Source: Octopus vulgaris (taxonomy: Eukaryota). From it: a stretch of DNA of 64,000 nt. The position numbers and the translations under genes were made by a program. Of the stretch, positions 26,875-40,734 are shown piece by piece (position 1 is the stretch's first letter; the number at the start of each line of letters is the position of its first letter). A model generated the notes under the pieces. That model was not told where the DNA came from and made no database searches. It was given only the letters and a program-made list of their open reading frames with translations. The DNA is taken from contig OX597830.1 of the NCBI GenBank assembly GCA_951406725.2, forward strand, positions 5,084,001-5,148,000. Direction: 5' to 3'.

Positions 26875-26943
26875 TCCTCTGAATGTAGATCCCTTGAATT
26901 CACTGACATCAAACCAGCTGCTAATGAAGACAGCAGTTCTTGA
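26875..26943 (+). CDS. Putative terminal coding exon of THSD7-like gene
   Basis: Acceptor ttttgtttttcctatttag|, phase 0 matches the 24203 donor. Reads SSECRSLEFTDIKPAANEDSSS*, followed by AT-rich UTR-like sequence with AATAAA motifs. Confidence 0.5.
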   Translation, partial: SSECRSLEFTDIKPAANEDSSS

Positions 26944-29900
26944 AACCATTTTCATTATTTAAAACTCTAACAGCTATACTGCCAGTAGGTCTACTTTCTC
27001 TAAATACGTCATCACTAACAGACCATAATAATCCCTTGTCTGCAGTTTATATCTAATCCTTTTACTAGCAATTCCAGTGAATCTGTTCATGTTCCTTGAT
27101 CTCTCACCAAAGTTTCATGATACATGGATTTTTTCCCCCTTCACACTGACAATGCAATTCAAGTTCCTGCCAATATCAATCAAAACCAATTTCCAAATGT
27201 TGTTGAACTTTTGAAATCTGATTTAGTTTTAGATATGATCATGTTAATTCTTCTGAACAACCCTTGACTTCTTTAGCTTCTTCAGAGATACTCAACCATA
27301 AGCTTCCTTAATAACAACAGCTTCTCTTGCTGTGCAGTTGTCTCAAAACTTGCAGTAAAGAGAAGAAAACTGAGAATAGACTTTTTTTAGTGATTAAATA
27401 ATAAAGCATTAAATACCCCACTGAGCTAATCAGTTCTGATCCTAATTTTTATACATGATATAGTTCTGAACAGCTTCCATGAACAAATATGGCCCTAGTA
27501 TTATTACTCCATACAGTCTTGAACAGCTCACATAATCATTCCTTCTCTACACACTGTTAAAACTGTTAAAACTGATTTACAAATCAAAACAAATTTTTCA
27601 TTATGAAAAGTTTCATTTACATAAAAATACAGCATCTCTAATTCAATAAACTAATAAAATTTCCCAACTAGGCATTGTACATAAAGTATGTGTGACTTCA
27701 TAAAATATTCTGTTGGGCTGAGGCACCAATAATCTTCATAACTGCTCTACAATATCATCTCTAAATGTATAACAGATGTCTATAACAGTGTGACAAAATT
27801 TACCTTAGATAACAACTTGCTAATGGATTTGGATCAAGTGGTTTAATTTGAACAAATAGTTTAACCCTTTTCATATCGACCTGCCTGAAACTGCCCCTCA
27901 TTTTATGATAGAAATTCTTTTGTAAAGTGATCCAAGTTAAACACTTCCACAAAAATTCCAAATTAATTTACATTCAAAACCTTAGCTTAATAATGACAAA
28001 GTTATCTTGATTAAACTTCATTATTTTCAAAATTAATTAAAACAAAAGCCAGTTTCTAACGATTGCAATGTATTAATTCCAGTTCTTATCTCACTCTCCA
28101 TCTGTGAATCTCTGTGAACCCCAACAGAAGTTCTTTCTTCCTATCCAAGTTACACATCTTACCCACAAACTTCTGATTGACAGTTCTATTTTCTGTCAAT
28201 CCTTTTACAAATGAACTACAAAATATATATTACATTCCCAAAAAGAACCATTTCTTTTCATCTGTGACTCTTCCTACAATTAATACTTCAAAGAAATGTA
28301 AAGAAGACTAATTCTCATAATGGGAATAAAATGATAAAAGCCAGTTTGATACATATATTGTTAAAATGCAATATTTTACAATTAAGTGTTGAACATATCC
28401 AGTTGACTTGAAGCACAGTTTAGACATAACCATTTAGATTTTCTTCAATAATTAGCATTATCAGAATAAAGAAAATTAGGTGATTTAGAAATGAAAAATT
28501 TATAATTTTAAAAGATAAAAAAGATACCTTTGTAGCTATGACTGCTGCTTGATTATATTCACTATTTTATGTTACATATCTCAATAATTTGAAGCTTTTA
28601 ACAAATTGAAAAAGGCCTAATTTTCATGTTTTAATTTTGCTTCATATTTTTCTCCTTTTAAATGTACATAGTAAAAAAAAAAGTATACACTTGTAAATAA
28701 TGCTGCTTAAAATTCAAAATTATTTATATATTCCAAATTTTCTGATTAGTATCCAATAAATGTATCACTGACTCCCCGATCTATTAGCATTTAACTTTCA
28801 AGAAATCAGTTCAGATATAAGTGGATAAAAGATTTTATTATATTTCCATTAGAATAAATAAAGTTATTACATTATTTATGAAATAATTTTTTTTTATTCA
28901 CAATTATTTCATAACTTAAAATTGGTTTACATGTATGAGAGCTTGTGTTCTGCAATGTCACATAACAATAAATTGTATGATTTTATTGGTAGAATTGTTC
29001 AACTCTTCTTAGGAAAAGCAAATGTAGTTAGGGTGAAAATAGAAATAGCAGTGGTGGGTACAGATGGGATGGCTAAATAAGAATTTAGTTTCTTGAATTT
29101 TCAATTACATTTTCCTCATCGATATTAACCTAACATTTGACAGTTCACATATTTGCCTCATTATTGATATTAACTTCACATGTATAGTCATTTAAAATAT
29201 TTTCAAACTATTTGCAATTCCTGACTGTTTCCTAATTAAAAATTTTAACTTCCTTTTTGAAATTAAAGAAGGTGGGGGTTATATTTTGATTACAGTATTA
29301 TATGTTACTAATTTGAAATTTGAAAAACACTTGTTAAATAACTTTGTTTACACGAAACTCACCAATCAGATAATAAGAGCTTTTATTAGACAAAAAAAAA
29401 ATTTTACAGCATGCATATGAAAAAAAAAAAGCAATCTTATATTGGAAGCTTTATGATATTTTATGTATTCCATAGGTTTTTCTGCTTTTAGGAAGCTTTG
29501 TTTGGGCCTTTCTCTTTTTTCCTTAATTTAAAAAATAAAATTTTGTTGCTTTTGCTTGGCTCTTGGGTTCTGTTTCTTTATTTTCTTAGAATGAAATGGT
29601 CTAAGATAACTTTATGAGTAAATGCATAGATATAAAACCTATAGATATATGAAATATGAAATCTTGCATATAATCTAATTTCTGTATAAAAATAAAAACA
29701 GTATTTAGAATGAACTTTTTTGTGAAAACAATAAGTAAATTTGGGAAATTTATATTTAAAATTTCAAGATGCAATCCATGAAAATTCTAGGTTGCCAACC
29801 ATAAACAAAAAGAGAACAAAATGGCAGCAGAGTGAAATTCTCTTAAATTCAAATTTAGAATACATTAGAATGCCTTCTCAAGTAACTAACCTCTGTAGAT

Positions 29901-30379
29901 ATAATAATACTCATGGGGTTTCACAAATGGGTTTCCAGCCTATATTTACTGACTAATAAGAAACATGTATGCATAATGTAAGCAGGAATAATAAAACATC
30001 ACACAAAATGCCTTGTGGTATTTAGGGATAACACTTTACATTCTGAATCCAAATTCCATCAAAGTCAATTTACTTTGTATCCTGATAGGAAGTTGGGGGG
30101 TGGGGCATTAAAATAAGCTTCTAGGATTAATCATCTGTACCCTGTTTCAGAAGCTGTAACCATGTGCCAAGATTAGAGATCAGTTCTGCTACATTCAATA
30201 TGAAATTTAATACAAATTAAATATGTATGGGATGTAAAATATTGTAGCCCACGCCAGAATGGAAAGTGAGTGTTGGCTGATGAGGATAACTGAACCCGAT
30301 ACCAGCTATAAACATGCTGCATTATGAATATATTACTTCCTAAAGTAACAGTGATACTTCAATAGCAATAGTTTTGAAT

Positions 30380-30544
30380 AGGAGTGGCTATGTGGTAAGT
30401 AGCTTGTTTTCCAACCACATGATTCTGGGTTCAGTCCCACTGTGTGGTACCTTGGGCAAGTGTCTTCTACTATAGCCTCAGGCTGACCTAAGCCTTGTGA
30501 GTGGATTTGGTAGATGGAAACTAAAGAAGCCTGTCGTATATATG

Positions 30545-30589
<45 letters not shown>

Positions 30590-30785
30590 CTGTGTTTGTC
30601 CCCACAACATTGCTTGACAACCAATGCTGGTGTGTTTACGTCCCCGTAACTTAATGGTTTGGTGAAAGAGACCGATAGAATAAGTACTGGGCTTGCAAAG
30701 AATAAGTCCCGGGGTTGATTTGCTCGACTAAAGGTGGTGTTCCAGCATGGCCACAGTCAAATGACTGAATTGAGTAAAGGAATAA
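30380..30785 (+). mobile_element. Full-length tRNA-derived SINE with internal (TA)n(TG)n
   Basis: A box gtggctatgtggtaag, B box ggttcagtccca, body ccttgggcaagtgtcttct, tail ccagcatggccacagtcaaatgactga. Confidence 0.88.
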
Positions 30786-30811
30786 ACAGCAAGAATAAAG
30801 AAGAAAATATT

Positions 30812-31110
30812 GGGTGTGGCACCATGGCCAAGTGTCTTGTACTATAGCCTGAGGTTGACTAAAGACTTCTGAGTGGAGTTGGTAGAGGGAAATGGAAAGA
30901 AGCCCATCAATGTGTGTCTTTGTTTGTCCCCCACTACTGCTTGACAACTGGTGTTGGTGAGTTTACATCCCTGTAACTTAGCTGTTTGGCAAAAGTGACT
31001 GAAAGAATAAGTATCAGGCTTAAAAATATATGTCCTGGGGGAGATTTCATTCAACTAAAAACGCTTCAAGGTGATGCTCCAGTATGGTCATAGTCAAATG
31101 AGTGAAACGA
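30812..31110 (+). mobile_element. 5'-truncated second copy of the same SINE, in tandem
   Basis: gtggcaccatggccaagtgtcttgtactatagcc...gctccagtatggtcatagtcaaatgagtgaaac. Confidence 0.8.
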
Positions 31111-34100
31111 TATATCATGAGGAGTAAAAAGAGACAATGTAAAAAGGAGAAGGTTCCACAAGTTCACAAATACAGTAATAGCTTAAAGCTTTAATAGACA
31201 GAGTGTCTTAATATTTTGCACATTAGTCCTTCATCAGAGGACAAAAGTATAAAAGGAGTATAAAAGATGAAAGGTCAGTGAAAAGGAGACAAATATTCAC
31301 ACGCACACACCTCTTTTACCCTTACCATATATATAAATGAAATTTATTAGATTATTTCAAAATGTTAAACATACTTTATCAGATGTCCTCACTATTTAAT
31401 TTTCATTCAATTGGCTTTTATCCTTTAAATGTAGAGCTTCCCTTCAATTCTTAGTATGTCTGAAATTGATGTCAGAATTGTAAGTTTACAATGAGAATAA
31501 ATCGCTTCATGTTTTTCATCACAATAACGAAAATGTGTATATTTGACACTCAGTTTTATTCTCATTTCCTTAATTCTCTGCCAGTTTCCATTCTTCCTTA
31601 AATATTACCCTACTCAAAGATTCACTTATCTTAGGAAGCAACAGACATGAAAATCTGATAAATAAAAAATAACCACTTAAGTGTGTTTAAAATTTAATAC
31701 CATATAGTCAATATTTTAAAACGACAACTATCCTAACTACCCTATTCAGTAATAGTTCTCTTTCAAACAATTTTATTTAATAGAAATAAAATTTATTCAA
31801 ACAATATTTTTGAATTAAAAATGTTTATCATGATGACAAAAGCAGTTTGAACATGAAGCATTTATATCAACGGAACAGAATACCAGCAATAAAATGAAAC
31901 CCAAACTTTAATGTGGGGACAATCAAGTTTCTATAAGCTGATAGAAATAGTACCCAAATCTGCCTCAAGTTACTGACCACTATCTTTAGAAATAAGGAAA
32001 AAACACATTAGATAGCATAGTCTTGGACATACTGAAAGACAATATGGTCTTAATTAAGGCATGTCTAATGATGGTGTCGAAGGTTGTGGTGGTGGTGACA
32101 GTTGATGATAGTGATGTTGAGATGTGAAATAGCATGAACATAGAGTTGGTATCATTATGTTTAATGGTGGCAGAAAATACTGAGGGTGCTGTGATGGTGA
32201 GGGAACCAAAATGGCATGAGAAGGATGGTGATGGTGATAGCGCTAGTGGCTAAAGAGATGATGATAATTATGATGGAGGAAAGAGGATTACGTTGGCACA
32301 TGGAGGAGTTGGGGCGATTGTCATTTAGCTGTAATGCATTTTCACAGAACTTTTCTTCATGATTTTGGGATAGCCAGAGGACATAGTAAGGTCAGGGAGC
32401 AACTAATTATGTTTTTAAGCTCAAACATACTATATGTTGGCTTGGTTCATGATATTCTACTGTTCTAACAATTATTATATTAAAATATGAGGGACTGCAT
32501 TTAATCTATCCCATCACAGAAGCCACATCTTAAAAATAACCATATCGAAAGTGTTCTTGCCTGAAGATTGATTGAGTTATCCTTCTTGATGCTGCTAATA
32601 ATATAATTATCCCCAATGAATGATTAACATTTTATATAGTTTGTGTCTTCATATGGTTTATGATATGGATAATCTTAGCTCATATTACTGTTCAAAGTTA
32701 AATCTAGATAATTCTTTTATTCTTGATTTCCTATTCATTGTAATTTTCCAAAGTTTGTATGTGTGCCTTGTCTGTTCTTCATGTACAGTTGTTAGTCCAT
32801 CGACTCTCTACAACCCACTTTTACTTCAGTTGTAAAGGTATTGCATTGGTTGAGGTGTTTAATATAAACATCGTTTGCAATGGATTGCTAACTCCTTTGC
32901 CTAGTCACTTACCACATGTTCCAGTTTTGTATTTTATAGGGAAAAGTAATTTGATCTATTCAGATTCCTACTAAGCATATACATGACTTGAATAAATTCC
33001 TAGAATCTTCAAATGGCTTTAGATATTGTTTCTAATCCTTTTGGAATCTATTTGTAAGACTGAAATTTCACATTTTTAATAGGCAAGTCTCCACCTTAAA
33101 ATTTTCATGCCTTTAAGGTACTGAGGGATTTTATTTGTCTCAAAACCAAACTCCCTGTCTGTAGCTACATTGGAGATATCCTTATTGAAGAAAAAGAGCT
33201 TCCACTTTATCCTTCGTAATGTTTTCTCCATAACTTGTGTGCTGCAGAGCTTTTTGTTGGTGAATGTTCAATTGCATGTTTATCTGGTGTTCCATGTATT
33301 GACTCCTGTGTGCTTATGGTGCTTAAATGAGTGGAAAACTTTATATAAATTCAATAATAAATGAAAGAACAAGTACTAAAAATGCTAAAGTAGAGCATTT
33401 CTTTATCTTGGTCAATTGAAATCAATCTTAATGGCCTCTTTGCACTTTTCTTGTATGAAAAATCACTTAGTTTATCAGGCTGCTATACTGGAATACAATT
33501 GAAAATGAAATCAAGCAGGGTCAACAAAGCTTACAACTCCTATTCTGAGATGGCAGACGAGGGAAATTACTCTTGAGGGACCGAAGGGAAATAAGGCACA
33601 AAAGTGTATGTTTGAACAGGGTCCTAATACAAAATGCTGATACAAAATAAGGTGGGGGGGAGCACACTGGTATCACTATGTGTTCTGTGCTTGAACTTTG
33701 TCAACTTCTGCTCGGTTCATGCATAAGAGCTGACACTGGGAAGCTTGGCATGGTTCAAATTACCGAAATTCAGTGCTGGATCAGAACAATTATGGAGGGC
33801 TGTTTGAGGTGAGAATCCTCTCAAAAGCTTTCAACTATTTGTACAGAATGCGGTTTGACTCCTGTAACCAGATAAAAGTGCAAAACATCAAACACCACTA
33901 CATTGTTACATAGAAGTAAACCTCATACAAATGTTGAAAGAAAAATATCAACAGATCCTTTTCTTCTTTCTTTGCGATGTAGTTTGTGCCAAGCTGCCTG
34001 CGAAACGGATTTAAGAAATGGCAATAAATTTCAGAAATGGTAAGACATGGTACAAAGCACAGTTAAATATGTCATAGTATATATTTAAATATAGTGTTGC

Positions 34101-34699
34101 ATACCAAATATTCTACCAATGGAATTAATATAATTAAGCAAAAGAAATCTGTTTCATAGCAATTTTTTTTCTAATAGACTTTAGGTACAACTCAGGACAG
34201 TTGAAGATGGAATGAAAATGAGAGTTAGAAGGCAAGATATATTGTCTGTTTAAAGTAAAGAAATGTTTTTTTGCTGGCTAAATTAATGACATGGCAAGTA
34301 GCTTGCTTATTCACATTTGTGTACAGACAGATGAATGATTAAACTCAAGACACTGGCTAGAAACATGAAAATATGTATGATTATAAAAGCACAGACACAC
34401 ATACATGTGATCACAAATATACACAGATAATGGAAGTATATGCTACCAGATCACATGCCTTCACATACACATACTGGTGAGCATGATCTCTCTCTCTTTC
34501 TCTCTCTCTCTCTCAAAATGTGTGACACTGGCATGGATGCATGTTTGGCACACAAACACACACCCATCAAAACGTGAAAATTTACACACATACACACATG
34601 CAGAAAGATGCTTTAAGTGTGAATATGATGCATTGTTTTATTTTTCATTGGTCTTTTTCTCATGTATTTCCTACAATGGAATGCTCTGTGATGAGTGTT

Positions 34700-35190
34700 T
34701 ATTATAGAAATCTGTCTGTAGACCAAGTTCCCTTGGTCTGCACAGACATTCTGCCAATAGTACCTGTCGTCCATTTACAACTTCAACTTGGGAACTGAGA
34801 GGTCACTGTCAACATATGTTGTAGCTGGTCAACCTCTGTTCATGTGGCCATATGGTGGGTCCCAGAGTAACAACATCCCTGAGGAATTCGTTCATGGCCC
34901 AGTAAAAGTGCCCAGTAAAAGGCAATGGAATCTCCTGGCTCATACCATCTCCACTGATGAGGAATCTCGAGAAGACAAAAAGTCGTGTTCTTCAAAAAAA
35001 TTGTTGAAAGTGTACTGCTTTATGGGTCCAAAACTTGGACCCTGACAAAAACGTTGCAGAAACAACTAGAAGGCTGTTACACCTGCTTACTCTAACATGC
35101 ACTGAATATTGAATGGCAACAGAAGGTTACCAATAAAGACCTCCTCAGGGACCTTTCCCTTATATCAGAGGTGGTCAGAGATAGAAACCA
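34700..35190. mobile_element. Old RTE LINE fragment with internal inversion
   Basis: 34700-34920 minus strand: FTGH...LLWDPPYGH.NRG.PATTYVD. 34921-35190 plus strand: VESVLLYGSKTWTLTKTLQKQLEGCYT..ALNIEWQQKVTNKDL..LSLISEVVRDR. Confidence 0.75.
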
Positions 35191-38100
35191 AGAGATTCTT
35201 AATGGAGGGGACAAGAAGTACATTGAATAGGAAGGCCAAGGGTTGATCAAGAGTGCATTGAAGAATACAAGGAGATACTTGTCAAAGTGGTCATCTACCC
35301 AAAAGCCTGTTTCACCAACATGCAGATGACAATGAAGTTTGTAAGTGATGCAGTAAATAATGTTGGCAAATATCTGCTTGATGTTTTGGTTGGTTTAGTA
35401 TTAGGATTTGGGGCTGATGGTTGTTGGGGGTATTTTTGATAAGGAGAAAGGTGGGGCAAATGCACTGGAATGTAGCTGATTGGGTTTAATAGGAGGGTAG
35501 GGAACTTTAAACTAGAGTGGCACATTGTAGGCTACCCTTATTTGCACACTTGTAAAATACTTTTTATGCACAATTATTGTAAACTTGAATCCTCTTCCAA
35601 AATTACTGACAACTTTAGGGCAATAGGAGGTAATGGACTGGCAAAAACATGCAGGACAAAAGGACTTGTGATAGCTGTGTCTCTCAACATTTTAATTTCA
35701 AATTCAACTGAAATAAATACTAAACATGGATAAACCCATATCCTACAGATTTTGACTTCATGCTAATAGGTGACATCAACTTTATAGAAATTGATATGCC
35801 TTTCACCAGCCACCACTATATCATTTGCTTCACATCCTTGAAAAATTGTGCACAACTGTATTATAGATGTGGGTTGTGCATACATGTGAATACATGCACG
35901 CACAGGCACAGGGATCAAACACTTTTAATCCCAAAAGAGAGAGTTCAATATGTGTAATACAGAGCTGATTTATATTATCACAATATTATAAAGTTATCAG
36001 GACATTTCTAGTATTAATTTCAAACTAGTTGTGAAATAAAGGCAGCTTTTGTTGATATTGTCCTGTAGAATCTATGGCTCTAGACATATAGTGGTACAGC
36101 TAACCACCTATACCAACATTAGTTCAAAAACATGAACCCTTCCAGACAATCCTGATAAAAATCATGCTTATGTCACAGGCCATTTTCAATTTGGCATGGA
36201 AACTATCACAAGTTTATAACACATACACACACATACATACATACATACACACTTAGATACGTATAAATAGTATGGAACATGGATGTTAAATGCTGATGAT
36301 AACAAACATCCATACATGCGTAAACATGTAATAATATATCAATTAAAGTTTATAAGTATTTTCACTTACAAGATGAGATGAAGACAAAAGTTTTCATACA
36401 AAGAAGACAAAACGAACGCACATGAAATTATTTTAAGGAAACAAATAAAAAGTGTGGGGCTCACCAGAACAGAAAGAAACAACGGCTTTGAAGAGTTATT
36501 TGTTAAAGGGATACAAAAACAAGTATGATCAGAAAATCAGTTGATAACAAAAGAAGGAAAAATAATGGATACATAGAGAAAGCTTTATTCAAGTTAAATA
36601 AAATAAAATCCCTCTAGAATTGGAAATCTAAGAAATATAATGCAAGTTACACAGAGTTAAACTTCAAATCCAAAATCAGTTCACTTCTAATTCAAACCAA
36701 CGGTTTTTATCTGTTTGCATGCGATTGGTGTAAATCAGAAATCCACTTCATATGTGCAGTTGTTGAGATGTGGTTGATAATTTGAAGCCTAGTAGCAATA
36801 TATACTTATTATCGTTCAATTTCATGCATCTTCACTGGAATATATCTGGAGTAATATATTTGAACTATTCTGTTCTGTAATGTGTGTTTATGTGTGTGTG
36901 TATATGCACACACACATATGTATGTGTATATATATGTATTTATGTATACATATATGAATTTGTGAATATGTAAAGATTGTGTGTGTGTACATAACATATA
37001 CGTGATCAAATGTGGTTCTTACTCAAAGAACAAAGGGGGTTCAAATAGTATGACAATAGTGAGAGTGCATGATATAGCTTAATGATAACCATACTTAACA
37101 AACAATAGCCCTGATTCCAAGTTTCATGCAAATCTGAAGATTACTCTCTTCAGATGCGCATATCATGAATTCAAGTCAAATAGTACCAAAACTGGATACT
37201 GCAGATGTCTACAGCAGACATCTTAGATACTATTTGACTTTAATCTGTGTGTCCTTGTGAAGAGTCTAAAGCTCTACTTTGCATGAATTGCAGAATCAAA
37301 GGACAATAGTTTGTAAGCGTGATCACTATGAAATAGTTGTGTGAGTGTGTGTGTGTGTGTTTGTGCATGTGTGCGCCCATATATAATGCTATGAATGATT
37401 GATTGGCTGGGTACATTCCTAATCTCAACCATCTTCACGCATACATAATTATCTTTTGACATACAAATACACAGAAAATATATATTAGCATTTAGAAAGT
37501 GAAATAACTTTTGTTACTTCTTACTAGGAGAAAAAATTGTTTTACAATATTTACATGCTTTTACTTTACTATTGAATTATAGAAATAACTTGGTAGTTTG
37601 GGGAATTCTAGTGCAAAGAGTTATAGCTTACTAATGTTAATCAACTTCAGATTTCGAATAACTTTTTAATGGTGTGTCATAAATATTTGGATAACAGCTG
37701 AAGATACAAACTTAATTTCAATCAGCTATTGAAAATTTATATTGACAAAATCTGCCATGCCTGTAATGATTGAATTAGTGTACACAAGGTTAAATTCCAA
37801 ATAATTGGACACCAATTTGAAATGTTTTTTTCTCTGAGAAACAACACATACTCTGTGTCAGTTATTTCCTCTTATTAGTTTGGATATAGTTGAATGGTAT
37901 TTCTAAGAGATATAATCAGTTTGTTCAAATACATTTCTTTTCCTATTGTAAAAAAACATAAAATTAGTCTTCACTTTTATTGTTTCTTTTTATTATACAA
38001 CTGATTTAGAAGAAATGAAATAAATTTGAATATTACAAAGCCTTAATATGGGTGAAATAAGAATGTAAGTACATCAATAGTATAGAAATAATTTGTTGCA

Positions 38101-40684
38101 CATAAAACAGAAATTGCATTAGATTTATTATGATACCAATTGTCATAGCTTATTTACCCGAACTAATATTTGGTTTTCAATATAAGAAAACTAAGTCACA
38201 AAACATTCCCCTTTCTGTTTTCCCTTTCTTCTTCAAATTAGAGTCTGACAGTACAGATATGTTATCTCATCATCAACAAATAAAAACCTAGTAATTATCT
38301 TAATTAAATCTCACCTAATTAAGTAATCTCCTATTCTATTTTTACAGACAGAATTAAAATCACATTTACTTTTTATTTGAAAAATCATTAAGTCTGCGAG
38401 TTTAGATGTTAAAAAGAAAGAATGTTTTAATTTAAAACAGAAAATAAAACATTAAAATGTAGATCTGAAGACTGGTTATTCTAAAATTTGTGTATTAAAT
38501 TTTGAAATTTATGTTATATTTAGAAAGGTTGGAATAAATGAACATAGCACTTTTAACTTTGCCATCTTTTCATTTGGATAAATTTGGAACACACCATAAG
38601 AACCAAAATATTTGCTATTTTAAATTAGTCACAGCCTATATGGTGCATTACAGCATAATTAAAGGTGCTGGTACTTGGAGACTTTACCAATTGTTATATT
38701 ATTTGCACAAATTTTATGAGAAATAAGGTAATATCCAACAAATAAATATAACAATTCATAAAATAAACTTTGAATAAATTCATTTGGCAACTGATTTCAA
38801 AACTCTCAATCAAAATCTTTAGTTCTGTCCGATAGGATTCGCACCATATCGGTTATTTTTCATCTTTCTTTTGGTCATGTTTACCTGGCTATTTATATTT
38901 ATTTATTATTTCTAAACATTGTGGCTCAATTCCTTTATATTTTTTTTCTTTTCTTAGTTTTTCTTTTCTTTTAAATTGAAAGCTTCTACCCATTTTATTT
39001 CTCTTTGCAACCATTGCTTATTGCCTTATTTTTCCTGCACTTCTGCTTTTTATTCTTTGATCTACAGTCCATCCCAGTTTTGGTTTCTATAGGCCTTCTT
39101 TTTAGAAAATACCTTAACATGATATTCCTCTTCCAATGCATTCTTTAGTTGGAATCTAAAACTAAGCTGAAGATGTATTCTCACTGATTTCTTTGAACAA
39201 GCTAAATCCAATCACTTGTATTTCAGTCACAATTTACAGACTAATCTCGCATAAACAAAATATATTTAGAAATATAAGTGTGCATATATATGTTTGTGTG
39301 TGTATGAAAACTTATACACACTCACACATTCACCAACATGCACTCACACAAATATATACGTGTATGTGTAAGTGTACAGTTTTCTTTTATTAAGCAAAAT
39401 AGGGTAGACAAAAGTGAGCAGAGCAGAAAATTTGCATTTTTTCAGGGTTTTTCAAATTCTAGATAACCAAAAGAAAATTTCTCATGAAACAATTCACACC
39501 ATCACTTGTTTGTCTGTCTGTCTGTCTGTACCCACTTGACAAGAATCCAAGATTTGGGTGAATAATATTCTCAGATTTACATAGGAAATATTAATTGAAA
39601 GAAGAAATAAAATACAAAACCAAAAAAAAAACAAAAAAAAACAAAGCAGACAGAAAACCAATTGTTTTGTCAATTTGTTCACAGTCTTCCCGCCAAATAG
39701 CAGGCAAAGTTGCTGTTAGCACAGTAGTATGAACGACTGACACTACGCTGCCCCTCATTGTTGTCACTATATAATGTACCGTCATCAACATGGCCATCAC
39801 ACAAAGTAAGTTACTTTAAGCTAACAGAAAATGGGAATTTACAAAAAGGACATGCTTAGCTTACCGAGAAAGAAAGACCCCATCCCCACTGAAAAAAAAA
39901 TACAAAGAATCAACTCACCGTAATTTCTAATAAATTCCAAAAGTTGTTTTTTTAATTTGTATTTTTATTCTTATTTCTAGTTTATCCAAATGGTAAGTGA
40001 ATTTACAGCAAATTTTATACTTTCAAAAACAAAAATTTTTTTTTTTTCCTCCAATATTACTAGAAAAAAATTTTTTTTTTCCGATGATTGCTCTTCATTC
40101 TAATAATCATCTGGTATCATTTGCTCTCGTTTCGACACGGTTCGTTTAGTTCATTTTGACAACAGGTGTCTCACCAAGCTAATCATGTCCTCCCTTCCAT
40201 TATTCATTCTTTTCTATTCTGTAGCTTTTACTTAACAAAAAGGCCTTCCTGCTTTCACATCTGCTTCCATTTTCCATTTTCTATCCATTGGAAGTGTTTC
40301 TCTTTGTTTACATATGGTCATTTGTTTATTATATATTCTAATTATTATTTCATTGAGCATATGCTTATAATTTTTTAGTTCCAATTATATCTTCTTGTAT
40401 GTATGTGCACATATACATATATATACACACAAATATGTGCATATATACAGATTAATATATGCACATATGTACACAAATACATACACACTTACAAAAACAT
40501 TTGCTATATACATGTGCATGCATCCATATACATTAGTGTAAGCATGTACAAAGTGTTTTTAAAATCTAGTAATCTGTGCAAATGGCAAAATAATGTGAAT
40601 AGCATACACATGTCCAATTTCTGTATGCATATATGTGAGTATATAATACACACATACATGTATACACAAATACATATACTTGTT

Positions 40685-40734
<50 letters not shown>

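Noticed and set aside
32060-32320. G-rich stretch suggesting coding DNA
   Set aside because: Degenerate (GAT/GGT)n simple repeat with stops.
38829-38852. Small hairpin ccgata...tatcgg
   Set aside because: A 6-bp stem is expected by chance and is too short for a miRNA precursor.
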